From positions 2,480,001-2,544,000 of the forward strand of contig NC_043010.1 of the NCBI RefSeq assembly GCF_006345805.1: 64,000 nt of DNA, given 5' to 3'. The position numbers and the translations under genes were made by a program. Below, in pieces: positions 39,563-52,684 of this stretch; positions within the stretch are counted from its first letter, which is position 1, and each line of letters opens with the position of its first letter. The notes beneath the pieces are model-generated. The model worked only from the letters and a program-made list of their open reading frames with translations, was not told where the DNA came from and made no database searches. Source of the stretch: Octopus sinensis. Its lineage: Eukaryota.

Positions 39563-41434
39563 TTAACCCTTTAACCATTAGTGTTCAGAATGGCCAAAAC
39601 TGGCTGAAAATAATTCCCCTCTCTTTATTTGAACTGGCCACATCCAACCATATCTGATTCCTCTATGAAATTGCCAAAAATCACATTATTGAATTCACAT
39701 TATGAAATTCACTTAGCTTTGAGATAATGCAAGATAAAGCCTTTCCCACCTTTATTCAATTAAAAATACCATGAAATTTTTGATACTTTTTGGGGTTTTT
39801 TTATCAACATTTGAAGAGAAATGTATATCTTAGTTTTTAATGCTATGGTGCCAGCAAGTAGTGCTTCCAACTTTGAATGTTTTACTTTTGATGATGTACA
39901 AAATATAAATGCAAACAACAGAGATTTGTCTTTGAACGAATCTGATATTGATATTTATAGATCTTCACCAAATGAGGAAGATTTTGACAATGAAAGGGAT
40001 AAAAATGAAAGTAATGAAAATGATACTAGAAACATTAAAGCAACATGGTTGAAGATTACTACATCAATCACAATTCCCAATTTCACAGAAAAGGCGAGTC
40101 CACAACACAGTCTATTTTCCGATGCTCAACCATTGGACTATTTACTTTTATTTTTACCGAAAAGATTTTTGAAACTGTCATGGAGGAAACAAATAAATAT
40201 GCTCAATGCATAATTTCTATTCATGGAAGACCCGATCCACTATGGCAGCCAACTGATACTCAGGAAATGCGAGCTTTTTTTACTATAAACATTATGTTTG
40301 GTATCAAGCAGCTTCCTCGACTGTGGAACTACTGGCATCCTGATATAAGGTATGGTGATCCATATATCTCCAGCATCATATCTAACTATAGTAAATTCAT
40401 ATATTGTTTATGTAAAAAGCCACAAGGTACCTCTGCTACCAAAGCACTACAACCATTTGAAATTTCGGGTTGACATCGCATCTCAGTTAGGTGAGGGATT
40501 TTCTTCCAGATAGCACAGAACTGGGAGAAAAACAAAATTAACTGAGGTGAATGTCAACAGATAAAATCTTGACTTCCATAAAGTGGAAACAATAAATGGA
40601 AGGAAAAAAGTTTGCAAACTATGTTCGCCGCAAAAAAGAAAAACTGTGAAAAGATATCAGGTCGAGACCTCATATATGTTTGTTTTGCAAAGTACCCCTG
40701 TGTAAAGGGTGCTTGGACAGTTTCACAATAGAAATATGGCATAACTATATTTTGTAGTTTGATAGTAATACTATCATATATTCTATTCATTTTATTACAT
40801 ATAATATATGAAAGTGAGAAATACATATTAATTTGCAGTATGTTAAACACCTGTATTCACCTATGTCTCACCTATTAATGAGCTTTTTTTATTAGATGCA
40901 TTCTCTTATGTAAATGTATTCATTAAGAGTACATAGCCAATGGTATATTGACTAACAAAAGAGTTTTGTACTTTATTTTCAATGAAAATGTTTGAATGAA
41001 ATATAGAGAAAGAATAAAATCTTGTACTGATTACAGCTGTATTTTAATTAATTCAAATTAATGTACCTCATCTTGAAAAGTGGCAAAATTGTTGGCAGTT
41101 GACATCTGGGATAATTTTAGTAACAAATTAAACAGGTAAGATGCATTAAGAATCTCAGTTTTATTGTTTATCCATAATGCTATTGTATTTACACCTGTTA
41201 ATTAAATTTACCTGCCCATAAAAGTCAAATTTAATCAGAAAGATCTGCTAAAATTACATACCTATAAACCACTGGTATATAAGCACACACTGACAAAATT
41301 TCAAATCTGCAGGTAAAACATTAACAAAGTTACAAGCAAATATCATGGAGACCCTCTTTAACCTGAATAATTCAAAATAATGTGAACAAATAAGCATTAC
41401 ATTGGACAGATTAATCTGAACACTAAAGGGTTAA
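39563..41434 (+). mobile_element. Internally deleted piggyBac transposon (TIR family 1)
   Basis: TTAA-CCCTTT(AACCATT)AGTGTTCAG left end; CTGAACACTAAAGGG-TTAA right end; transposase remnants inside. Confidence 0.9.
39821..40730 (+). pseudogene. piggyBac transposase remnant (N-terminus fused to C-terminal Cys-rich domain; DDD core missing)
   Basis: QPLDYL..FTEKIFETVMEETNKYAQ..WQPTDTQEMRAFF..MFGIKQLPRLWNYW..YGDPYISSI, then NHLKFRVDIASQL..GRKKVCKLC..FCKVPLCKGC. Confidence 0.9.
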
Positions 41435-41909
41435 ATAAGGAAGGAACACAGTGAACAATGTACCAACTTGTCCTACCCCCAAGAAGACTTGTAGGTCATG
41501 GCTTGCATGCATTTGATCATAGGTTCACTTGAGCAGTTCCTCAGGTAACAAATATAAAGAACAGCAACTACTAGTACTACAATTAGTATGACTACACCAC
41601 ATCACAGACAAAATAGAGAATATATTGAAAAAATGCAGAAAAGAGAATGAAAAATATAAAAGAAAAATCATGAAAACAAAAAAAGATAAAAGATCTCCAA
41701 AGTCAGACAATAAGGGGACACAACACTGTTTGAAGGAAGAGGAAGTTTATTTACAAAAATGTGAATGTCTGAATTTTTGAAGTTCAAATTGAAGTGTCTC
41801 TGAATTCTGTTAACAAACAACATTTGTTCTTTTAGTATTATCACTTATTATTAGAAACAGTGATGGTCCATATTTAATCCCATTTCTAATTGTCATTGTT
41901 ATTATTTCT

Positions 41910-42130
41910 TTTTCAAGGCAGTGAGTTGGCAGAATAATTGCTACAACAGAGAAAATGCTCAGTAGCATCTCTTCCCACTCTTTATGGTCTGAATGCAAAT
42001 TCTGCCGAGGTTGACTTAGTCTTTCGTCATCTTCAGGTTCAATAAAATAAATACCAATTGAGCTGGGGGTTGGTGTAATCAACTTAACTCCACACTGCAA
42101 AATTGCTGGTCTTAAGCCAAAACATAGAAA
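41910..42130 (+). mobile_element. SINE family C
   Basis: caaggcagtgagttggcagaat...aattctgccgaggttgacttagtctttcgtc...caaaacatagaaa. Confidence 0.8.
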
Positions 42131-42693
42131 TAATTATTATTTCTTCATATTTTACTTGGAGAGAAAAATGTGGATTGAGTGGTGGTTGCTGTGCTAAGTA
42201 TATTTGTTGAAAGATAAATGAATGTGGTCTAAATTGCCCAAACGATTAGGACTACACTTGAAATGTGCTTCAAGGCCTTGAAGCACAACTAAGCACAGAA
42301 CCCTAATTGTTGGTAGTCAGAGAAGACTTGGATCTGTGGGATTCCAGGATTGGTGCTTGGGAATTGCTTCTGTCTTCAAACATCTCATTTAAATCCAATT
42401 ACCAAGTTGGGGCTTTTGTTTTTTATTACTCAATATTTCTATACTTTGTTCTTGTATTTCTTCGGCCACTGAACTTGTGGCATTTTAGTTTCAGCCCTTT
42501 GTGATCAGAGTTGAAACCCTGCTTGGGTCAACTCTGCCTTTCAAATTTATGGTATCGATATAATAAATTGCCACTCAATTACTGGTATTAATTGAATAGC
42601 CTCATCACCACAAAAAGTTGCAAGCCTTTTGCCCTTTATCATTATCATTGTTGTTCTTTTCTTTTTTGCATGTTTGTTTTTAAACATATATAA

Positions 42694-42730
<37 letters not shown>

Positions 42731-43867
42731 GGATTATATACAAACATATATACAAACACAAACATACAAACGCTTGTGTGTATGCATGCAATTGTTTGTG
42801 TGTATGTATGTATGCTTATTGTGTGATAACACCTCATGTGTATATATATTTATACACACGCGGGATGTTATTACACAATAAACATACATTTATACACATG
42901 TTTGTGCATATGCATGTAAGTATATGGATAGATATGAATGTATTTATACGTACTGTGTGAAAACACCGCATGTAGAATAAAAGAAACAGAGCTTATGACC
43001 ATCTATCATCCCCCTATCCAGCTAGCCACTAATCCCACCCCGACACATACTCATACACAGAACTGAAATTCACCTTTTCAGGAGATGGCCATTGTTTAAT
43101 TTATAGTATAGTGTGAAAACACCAGAAAAATCTGTCATTGTCCTTTCAAATGCCAAAGAAACTTTTAAAAGGACTGCTTAGATTTTAGGGTTAAGTTACA
43201 TATTTTTGAATCTTCAACTGATAGTTACATTGGAAGGTGAGCAGGCTCATTCAAACATATAAAGAAAGTCATGTATGATATATCTTTTGCATATTTCTAT
43301 TTATTTACTTATTATTCTATGAAGGTGGTATTTTCATTCTATCAACATAATATCAATTGCCCTACTGTAATCATCCTTTTACGTTCACTTCTCATGCTAT
43401 AATCCATACTTCAGAACTTGCCACAAGAAGAATACTCAATTCAAATTAGAGTTTCCATTTTAGAAAACTAAGAGGACTGAGTAGATACTATTCACTTTCT
43501 CTTGTTATATATAAGTGCTAATGCTCAAAACCCCTGGCCCTTTCATCCCTCTGTTACTGTGGCTACATATTAATATTAATAATAATATATTTATATATAT
43601 ATACACACACACATACACGCACACACACACAAACATATACATGCATATGTACACACACACCTATACAAGCACACACAGATTATATATTCCCTCTATATTA
43701 TATATACATTATGTATTTTATATATCATCATTTAACAATCCCTTTTACCATGGCTGGACTATTTATATAAACCTTATATATTTTATGTACATCATAATTT
43801 TATACATACATGTGTGTTCTATATAATGTATGAATATATATGCATACACACACACACACACACACAC

Positions 43868-43901
<34 letters not shown>

Positions 43902-44217
43902 GTATAAACATACAATAAACCACACAGTGTAGATAATAAAAAAATGAAGTCAATTTAGCTTCTTACATCCAAGTGAGTCTTAATTTTTAGATAATATATA
44001 GTGTTACAGAAACACAGCACACGGGATAAGACACTCCCAATTAGATATACTATACACATGAATGTGTGTTTGAGTGCATGTGAGTGTATATGTGCACACA
44101 CACATATATATATATATATATAAACACAAACAAATACACATATATAGTATACAGTAGCACATACATATATACACATTTATTCATATATCTATCTATCTAT
44201 ACACTCACATACAAGCG

Positions 44218-44249
<32 letters not shown>

Positions 44250-44538
44250 AATATATATGTTTGTGTGTGTGTTCACACACACATATAAACACATACGTGG
44301 ACCCACTCATGTATCATACACACTTACATATCATAATTGGAGGATAGCTCTTCATTTATGCATGTTTGGTGAAATACGTGACTAGAATGCGTGTTAACTG
44401 TTTTGTTATAGAACCATTCACTTGTTTTTTTACTTTACTAGATATTTTATACATACTTATGTACATACGCACATATATATACGTGTATGCACGCACAAAC
44501 AGACATATCTCCATACACATATATGTGTGTGTTTGTGA

Positions 44539-44583
<45 letters not shown>

Positions 44584-44819
44584 TATATACACACATATAT
44601 ATATAGCGGGTTGGCACAAAAGCATAGTTAAGAAATAAGAAATGTAGGAGATTTTTTTCTCTGCCTAGAGAAGGAAATCAGTTGGAAAACTAAATACTCT
44701 ATTCTAGCACCTTAAAATATCCCTCACCATTCCCTACCACCTTCAACTTCAATTATGGGAATGACATGTTCCTTGTCACTAAGCCAACTTTAGGAGAAAA
44801 ATTGTATAACAAAAAATAT

Positions 44820-44900
44820 AATATTAATAATAATAATGATAATAATAATAACAATAATAATAATGATAATAATAATAATAATAATGATAATAATAATAAT
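44820..44900. repeat. (AAT)n microsatellite
   Basis: Direct reading. Confidence 0.95.
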
Positions 44901-45135
44901 ACACCACAGGGCATATGAATTATTAATTCTAAAGAAAATATGTGTATTGTGTATATGTATATGGCTACACATGCACACACATAGAAAATCTACTGTTAAA
45001 GCTACATAACTATATCACTAAGGGTCCAAGACTTTCGTGCATAGCAATATGCATGAAATTAAAGTATATGCAGTTGTCTATGTGTGTGTGTGTATGCACG
45101 CACACGTGTGTGCATGTGTATCAGTTCATATATAT

Positions 45136-45178
<43 letters not shown>

Positions 45179-46662
45179 GTATGTATGTGTATACACACTA
45201 GTGCACCTATGGTTAAAGATATATTGATATATACATACACATATATATGCATACATATACACAAATGTATATACTTATATACATAAGACAAATGCATCTG
45301 TAGGGGACCAGTTTTCTATGTTTTATCTTGCCTTTGTGTATACGTATCCCTTTATATGCACACACATACATATATACATGTACATACATATAAATGCATG
45401 CACACACACACACACATACATACATATATATGCCCACATGCTTACATGTCTGCATTCATAGGCATATACACATGCATGCATGTACACACACACACCTATA
45501 TATTTATATAACTTGGGTAAGATGAGGTCCCTTAACACAACTAGGTGAGCCTTACCTCTGAATACATGCTGAATGCAATTGTGACATGCCCTCCAACCCA
45601 TATCGGCATGGAAAGTGTTAGCAAAAGGAAGATTTTATCAATATATATTTACCCCCCCCCCACACACACACACACGCACGCACACACACATTCAGAGCTC
45701 GGTGACAAGTGTGCAAATGTAAAATACAAAGATCTCTCAGTGCAAGTCAAGGATATGAAATATTTATACTGGCAATTTGATTTACACCTGCATTACTTAA
45801 TGTTTCACCAAATGTAGAAGCAACAACCCTCATTCAGATGCTACACTTCTGACTCAGAAAACAATGACAAACTTTAAAAATAGGTTGTAGCCATTGGATA
45901 TGTAAATCTTGCTTCTCTTAATTAATTTGGGTCACATGATGGGCCTAGAAGTGCTGTACCAGTTGCTAGGAGCTAAAGAAAGATTGTTGATTAAGGACAA
46001 CTCTAACATAGTACAAATGGGTCATTTCCTTTCTTATTTTATTAGAAAAGCAAGTAAAATTTCCATTATCAGGAGGTGTTAGGATGGGGTAAATGACCAA
46101 CCCAGCTTAACATGGTGTATATTGAATAAGAATCTTCCTTATTCATTTGGCGCCATCTGTGTGTCACTGAGAAATTCACATAATGCAACAACTCACTATA
46201 TTCCTTAATAAAAAGACTGACCTTTCACGACGCTGTCAACAATGAAACTCATGGTCCTCTAATTTTTAGTCGCACAAATGTTAGTGAAATTTCTAATAAA
46301 AGCAAGGAAAACCATTTTTACCGAATGCATCAGAGCTTTATTCCATTCAGCAATCATTCAAGAAAACACAACAACTGCTATAACATCGAGCAGACATATG
46401 AGTACAAACTCCTTCACAAGACCAGAACTGACAAATACAAACGAATTTTGTGTGTCATCCTTTAATAATCAACGTTCTTTATGACACATGGCAGCTTCAA
46501 CACTTAAAACTACAGCATTTGGTCAGTCAGATACACTTTGATATCAGTAATGCAGGTCTATGTTACAAATGTTTGTGTGTGTATGTGTGTGTCTTGTGCA
46601 TGTACATGTGCACACAGGTGTTCTTTGTATGTACAAATATACAATATACATGTGCTTACACA

Positions 46663-46702
<40 letters not shown>

Positions 46703-46841
46703 CCTCTTGATTTAAAACCAGCTGGATAAGTTTCAAGGAATGGAATTCTCAGCCCTTGATTCAGTCTGTAACTTCTGATATTAATAAATAATATATATAT
46801 ATATATATTCCTGTTTGCATCACCAAAACTATACATATATA

Positions 46842-47234
46842 TTATATATAAAAGAGAGGTTGTGTGCTGTCTGTCTCCTACGATTTAGATTCCTAACTAC
46901 TCCCACATTTTGCGGTGCAGTTTAACCAAAACCGAGTATCTTATAGTCATGATTCATATCGAGCCCTTCTGGGTATTAGTGCACGTCTACGGTGAGTCTA
47001 CAATTGAAAAAAAAATTTACCATCAATTTTTCCCATTTTTAATCCATTTTTGGCATATATAAGGGAAGTAACTCTCTAAAAATTTATTATTAAATCTCAG
47101 AACGTAAAAGCTACAGTAACACCCCCTCCTTTGTGGTTAGTCATATTGAGATGGCTATTATACTTTACATCTCTAAAAATGCTTATATAGTTATTTCCCT
47201 TACAAACCCGAGCAACGCCGGGCGATACTGCTTG
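46842..47234 (+). mobile_element. Non-autonomous Helitron (same family as 1612-2005)
   Basis: Shared gttgtgtg..tctgtctcctacgatttagattcc body; hairpin CCCG-agcaacgc-CGGG (47207-47222), then CTTG|T. Confidence 0.85.
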
Positions 47235-47338
47235 TATATTATATATTGTAAAGAATAAAAAGTTTGAATGGTACAACAATGTACTATAACACAGACAATG
47301 GTCTATATACCTGTTGAAATTTAGTCATCCATAGTCTG

Positions 47339-48448
47339 ATATGATATTTTGGAATAAAATTCCTTCTCCAGATATTCTTAGATGGTGTTGCTGCTATAAT
47401 TGGTTTTCTAACGGCTTTTCTTTTTCATTTTATGGATGCATCTCAGCAGTGGTCTCACGATGCTCCTTCCAGAATTCCTCATGAGAAATGTGTGAGGTTG
47501 GTCATGTCTCAATCTTATGTGTGCTGGTACATCCGTAGCATTGCTTCCTTTTTTTCCCCTTTTTTCTTTTACTATTCTCTTCCTTAGATCCATTGTAAAT
47601 CGGATTAAGTACCCAAGACAACCAACACGCTGAACACTTAGAAAACTTAGCAACACCTGCTTCCTTAAAATACCCCATTTTAGCGAGAGGATAACTACAT
47701 CCATCCGAAGTGCCATAAGAAGAGAAGGGCTTGACATACAACTAGCCCACTCTGGCCCCTCTCTGAGAGGACACCTCCCTAAGAAATGCACAAGGGACAA
47801 CAATCAATGTACACTAACAAACTGTCCCATCCGTGACACAGATTTATGCCAACGGGTAAATGTTGTATATAGAATACAATGTAAGAAATGCAACAAGTTG
47901 TATGTATGTGGGTAGCACAACAAGACTGTTACACGTCTGCATCAAAGAACATCTGAACACGAGAGCCTCCTCCTTCAGAAAACATCTAGACAGATGCTGG
48001 AACACCGACAAAAGCATAACAGTCACAATTGAGGCCAATGAAAGAAATTTAGGTAATTTAAGAATTAAGGAAGCTATACTCATACACAGACTTGGGCCCC
48101 AAATTAACAACAGGCTGGAGGTTAGTAATCAATACATTATTTAGATACATCTGGATGCGTGTAGGTTCACTTTTGATAATATGCTCATCTGTAGTTTATA
48201 ACAAAAAAAAAAGAAGGGGGAAAAAAGGAAGCAGCACATATAACATGTGCTATGGATGTACCAGCGCACACGAGATTGAGACGTGCTGACCTCACTCACT
48301 TCTCATGAGGAATTCTGGAAGGAGCATCATGAAACCACTGCTGAGATGCTTCCACAAAATGAAAAAGAAAAGCCGTTAGAAAACCGATTATAGCAGCAAC
48401 ACCATCTAAGAATATCTGAAGAAGGAAAATTATTCCAAAATATTATAT
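47339..48448 (+). mobile_element. 5'-truncated Penelope-like element with inverted pseudo-LTRs
   Basis: 47339-~47580 is the reverse complement of ~48195-48448; GIY-YIG remnant between them; hammerhead-like motif at the outer end of each repeat. Confidence 0.9.
47640..48144 (+). pseudogene. Penelope GIY-YIG endonuclease remnant
   Basis: LKIPHFSERITTSIRSAIRREG...CTLTNCPIRDTDLCQRVNVVYRIQCKKCNKLYV / (4-nt slip) YVGSTTRLLHV.IKEHL...NLRIKEAILIHRLGPQINNRLE. Confidence 0.9.
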
Positions 48449-49182
48449 GGATGACTAAATTACAACAGGTATACACAGCCCATTGTTTATATCATAGTGC
48501 ATTGTTGTACCATTCAACACTTTTTATTCTTTTCGAACAACACACAATGCTTCAAGTGAACTACAATACTCTCCTATATTATATATTATTTTGGTTGAGT
48601 TTCATCTGTTGGTGCACAGGATCTTCAGGCAAGTTATGACTGAAAATTGCAAAAACTGACTGAACCAAAATAAAATGTATTATCAATCTCTAGTATGGTA
48701 CTAAGTACTCTCTTTCCGGTAGTTAACATTGAATGTATGTGTGTGTGTGTCTATAAGTACACACAGATATCAACATTACTCAGTATGGAAATATGTATGC
48801 AGACACACAATCATTTTGTGGCAGCAGTAATATTGACTAATGAATGAATACATTCAAGTTTCCTAGGTGGCTTGCAGGAGTGAATGCATATTGGTGTTCT
48901 GATTGGTTGTTAAGCATGTATTAAGCATCTGGCAATCTTAATGCAGAATATTTTTCAATAAGTAGTTACAACAGTAACTAGGTAACCAGAAGTGATACAC
49001 CACATTTGTATGTGTGTGTATATATATGTTTATATGTGTTTGTATATATACAGGTACACGCATGCATGCACACACACACCACACACACACACACTGAGCA
49101 AGAGATAAGTTAAGTTCGAAAGAATATATGTCCAGCCACTTAGAATAAAGAAATCAAAGGTTAGTCATACATACACACACAC

Positions 49183-49218
<36 letters not shown>

Positions 49219-49297
49219 TTGATTTATATATGCATATACAAAAACATACATAAATACATGTATACATGTATCTACATATAGTGTGTGTGTAATATAA

Positions 49298-49337
<40 letters not shown>

Positions 49338-49981
49338 CACACACACACACACATTACATGAACATACATGTATATATGTATGCTTTTGTATATGCATATA
49401 TAAATCAAACCTTACACCACAAAAATAAAAGTTGAAAGTGGATTCAGCTTCGTTGTTGATCGAAATTGTAGAAGCATGGAATATTCAATAACGTTTAGTA
49501 ATGGACTCCCTTTGATATGATCTTTCAATTCCATTTCGGAATTGATGGCAGCATTGGAAGACAAACTGACTAAATGCTTTACTGCATTTAAATATTCCCT
49601 CCATGTTTAGAGTTCCTATCCGATTGGTGTCACTTAGCTTTTTATCCCTGCTGTTGTGAGGAAGGAAATCAATGAAATGAATCGTAGCAATAATATTCCT
49701 ATATTAGGATCAATTTAATTGACTGCAGTTCTCTTTTAATAAATTTGCTGCCTAAGCTGTAATAGAAATTATTATTGACTAAACCATTATTATTATGCAA
49801 ATGTCTAAATACCTTAAAAATTATTTATTTTCCTTCATCTTTGTTTTCATCAAATCTTGCTAAAAATTAGCTTTGTCTCACATCCGGCTATCCAAAGTAC
49901 TGGTATCTTGAATAGATTCACTGGAAAGTTCTCCAGGGAACACATGAGTCTAGAAGTCCCCAGTACTAAGCAATATATATG

Positions 49982-50330
49982 CAGTTGCTGCTGCTGAGAC
50001 CCCCTTCGGTCATGACTGACCATGGGATTTCACCTAGAAAGTTACCCTCCCAGGCACAAGTCCGGGCAAGGTTGTTTATAGAAGACCAGCAGTCGCCCAT
50101 GCATACCAGCATCCCCTCTCCATGCACCAGTGTTATCCAAGGGAAAGGCAAAGGCCGATACAGCTTGGCACCTGTGACGTCGCAACTCATTTCTACAGCT
50201 GAGTGAACTGGAGCAACGTGAAATAAAGTGTCTTGCTCAAGAACACAACACGCAGCCCGGTCCAGGATTCGAACTCACAACCTCACAATCGTAAACTCAA
50301 TTCTCTAACCACTGAGCCATACGCCTTCAC
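49982..50330 (-). mobile_element. SINE family E (tRNA head plus CORE-like domain)
   Basis: Minus strand ggcgtatggctcagtggttagag...gagttcgaatcctggacc, then gtgttcttgagcaagacactttatttcac...cagctgtagaaatgag; second copy at 55533. Confidence 0.87.
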
Positions 50331-50546
50331 ATATATGCAGTAGTTGTGTATATAATGATCCCTGAACATTACTTTGCTCCAGAACCTATAACACTGTTAT
50401 GATGGCCCTGATCCAGGATTTATAGAAGGAGTACCAGTAATTACTGTACATCATTCAATTGATTTACATCACTTTCAACAATTCATGTCTGTGTACACAC
50501 ACACACACACACACACATGTATATAAGGGTGTCATTATCATTTCTT

Positions 50547-50745
50547 AAAAACTTTTTGATAGCCAAGACTACTCCTGTTTCTATGATACAGACTTCCTGA
50601 TCTAAAATGATATAAATTAAAACCTTACTTTGAAATTTCAGGTTAATTCATATTCCAAACATCAGCCTAATAATGACAAAGTCAATTTTACTGAACTCTT
50701 CATTATTTTCCAAGTTAATTGCAATGAAGGCAATGTATTTTATTT
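50547..50745 (-). mobile_element. Partial piggyBac-type MITE (TIR family 2)
   Basis: Homologous to the 31988-32214 body (tctatgatac...ttccaaacatcagcctaataatgacaaagtc). Confidence 0.6.
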
Positions 50746-50971
50746 GATATATGATAATGAAAGAGTGAATTAGAACATTTTGTTATTAAGTAGTATCAAA
50801 CAATTTCCCTTTTGTGACCCTGTCACTGAAACAATTTCACTGTAGTTCCAGATGTAATGGAAATGAGCAGTAATAAGGACATAGAAACGTGAACAAAACT
50901 TTGTATTACTACATAAAAGTTATACTAATAATAGATCAACAAAAACTCATTATTATTATTATTATCATTAT

Positions 50972-51185
50972 TAAGGTGGCAAGCTGACAGACCCATTAGC
51001 AAGCTAAACAAAATATTTTGTCCAGCTTTGTGTTCTAGGTTCAAATTCTGCCAAGGCTGACTTTGCCTTTCATCCTTTTTGGAGTTGATAAAATAAGTAG
51101 CAGTTGAGCACCGAGGAAGATGTAGACAACTAGTTCCCTTCCCCAAAATTTTAAGCATCATGCCTATAGTAGAAAGGATTATAAG
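50972..51185 (+). mobile_element. SINE family C
   Basis: aaggtggcaagctgacagac...ggttcaaattctgccaaggctgactttgcctttcatcc. Confidence 0.8.
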
Positions 51186-51299
51186 TATTATTATTTTAGT
51201 CAGAGTAGTAGCACAACTGTGATAGTAGTTTTAACTGAAACAGTATAGGCATCCAAAAGAAATGGTGGTGATGTTGGGGACTGTTTTTATATTCTATAA

Positions 51300-51510
51300 T
51301 ATTGGTTTCAAAGTTTAGCATAAAGTCAGTAATTTCAGGACAGGGGTAAGTTGATTACATCAATCCCAGATTTCGACTGGTACTACTTTTATCAACCCCA
51401 AGAGGTTGGAAGGCAAAGTTGACCTCAGCAGAATTTGAACTCAAAACATAAAAGACAGACGAAGAGCCACTAAGTATTCTGCCTGGTATGCGAATGTGTC
51501 TTCCAGCTCA
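51300..51510 (-). mobile_element. SINE family C, inverted relative to 50972
   Basis: gaaggcaaagttgacctcagcagaatttgaactcaaaac... Confidence 0.8.
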
Positions 51511-51739
51511 ACAACTTGTTTATATTCTTTTATGTTAGACATTGTAAGCACCAATTTGAGATAATAAAGCACTCTCCTCTACCCGACCCCACAGGCAGGA
51601 TTTTAACAACATTCCCGTCACTTGCTAGGCAACCATGTTACTGATTACACTACAGAGCTCCTGCCATTCCATTTTCTCCGATTCAGTATTATTAAACATT
51701 GTTGTCCCTTTAAAACTGTAGTGAGCCCTGGGACTCACA

Positions 51740-51905
51740 AGGCCAGACCATAACCCAGTTTCCATGGTGTTTATAAGTGACCATGCCCACAACACATCCC
51801 CTTGAACAGGTTCAATTCCCCAGCTGTTGCCAGAACTCCTGGGAATCAAAAACTACAATCTTACAATCATGAGTGCAACATCCTAACCACTAGGCCATTC
51901 ATTTT
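51740..51905 (-). mobile_element. Degenerate SINE family D
   Basis: ctgggaatcaaaaactacaatc...cctaaccactaggccattc is the reverse complement of a tRNA-like head. Confidence 0.6.
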
Positions 51906-52678
51906 CACTTGTTCAAACTGTACTTATTTCATCTCCACAACGTAATAATTCTTTGATCATTTAACACAAGCAGTTAATTTATAATAATTTTTATTATATC
52001 GTAATCTGGCATTGTGATCTTACAGAGGGAAGAAGAACATTTAGCACCATTACTCATCCTCCAAATCAGCAGTTCCTTTTTTTGTTGTTGTGTCAAGGGA
52101 CCTTTAATCACACTGTCTTGATAGTGTTAATATATCATTCATTTTATATTCAGTTTATGATCAACCCATTGTGTGTGTGTGTGTGTATGTAACAACAATA
52201 TATGAAACAAAGTAATTCAATTATTATTATTATTATTATTAGATAATGGCAATGATGAAAGTGGTAGTATGGAGAATGAGGGTGAAACAGTTGATAGTGA
52301 AGTGTTTTTTTGGGGTTTTTTTTTCAGTCTGCTACTCTGCACAAAACATTCTTCACTTTCAAATATAAGGTGAGGGTTAAAATAAAGAAAGAATATGTCT
52401 TTCCTTCAGATTTTTACATGAAATGGTAAATGAGGTCGGAAACAATTTGAAGTGGGTAAATAATTATCTGATTCTCTGGTATTTTTTTCCTACAGCCATG
52501 AGTAAACAGACTATTTGTCTGGAATAAAAAGGGGATTTGTCTGGAGTAGAGAATTAGTTGATGCCTTTTGAGATAGGGGAGAAGAAATCTGTTGTTGCTA
52601 GTCAAAGCATGGGACCCTAATTTATTTATCTGTGGCATATAAATGCATGAATATGTATCAGTTGGACCACATTTTAGA

Positions 52679-52684
52679 TTTATT
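52679..52684 (-). promoter_or_regulatory. Candidate polyadenylation signal (AATAAA) downstream of the putative stop; another at 52621-52626
   Basis: Motif only; common in AT-rich DNA. Confidence 0.2.
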
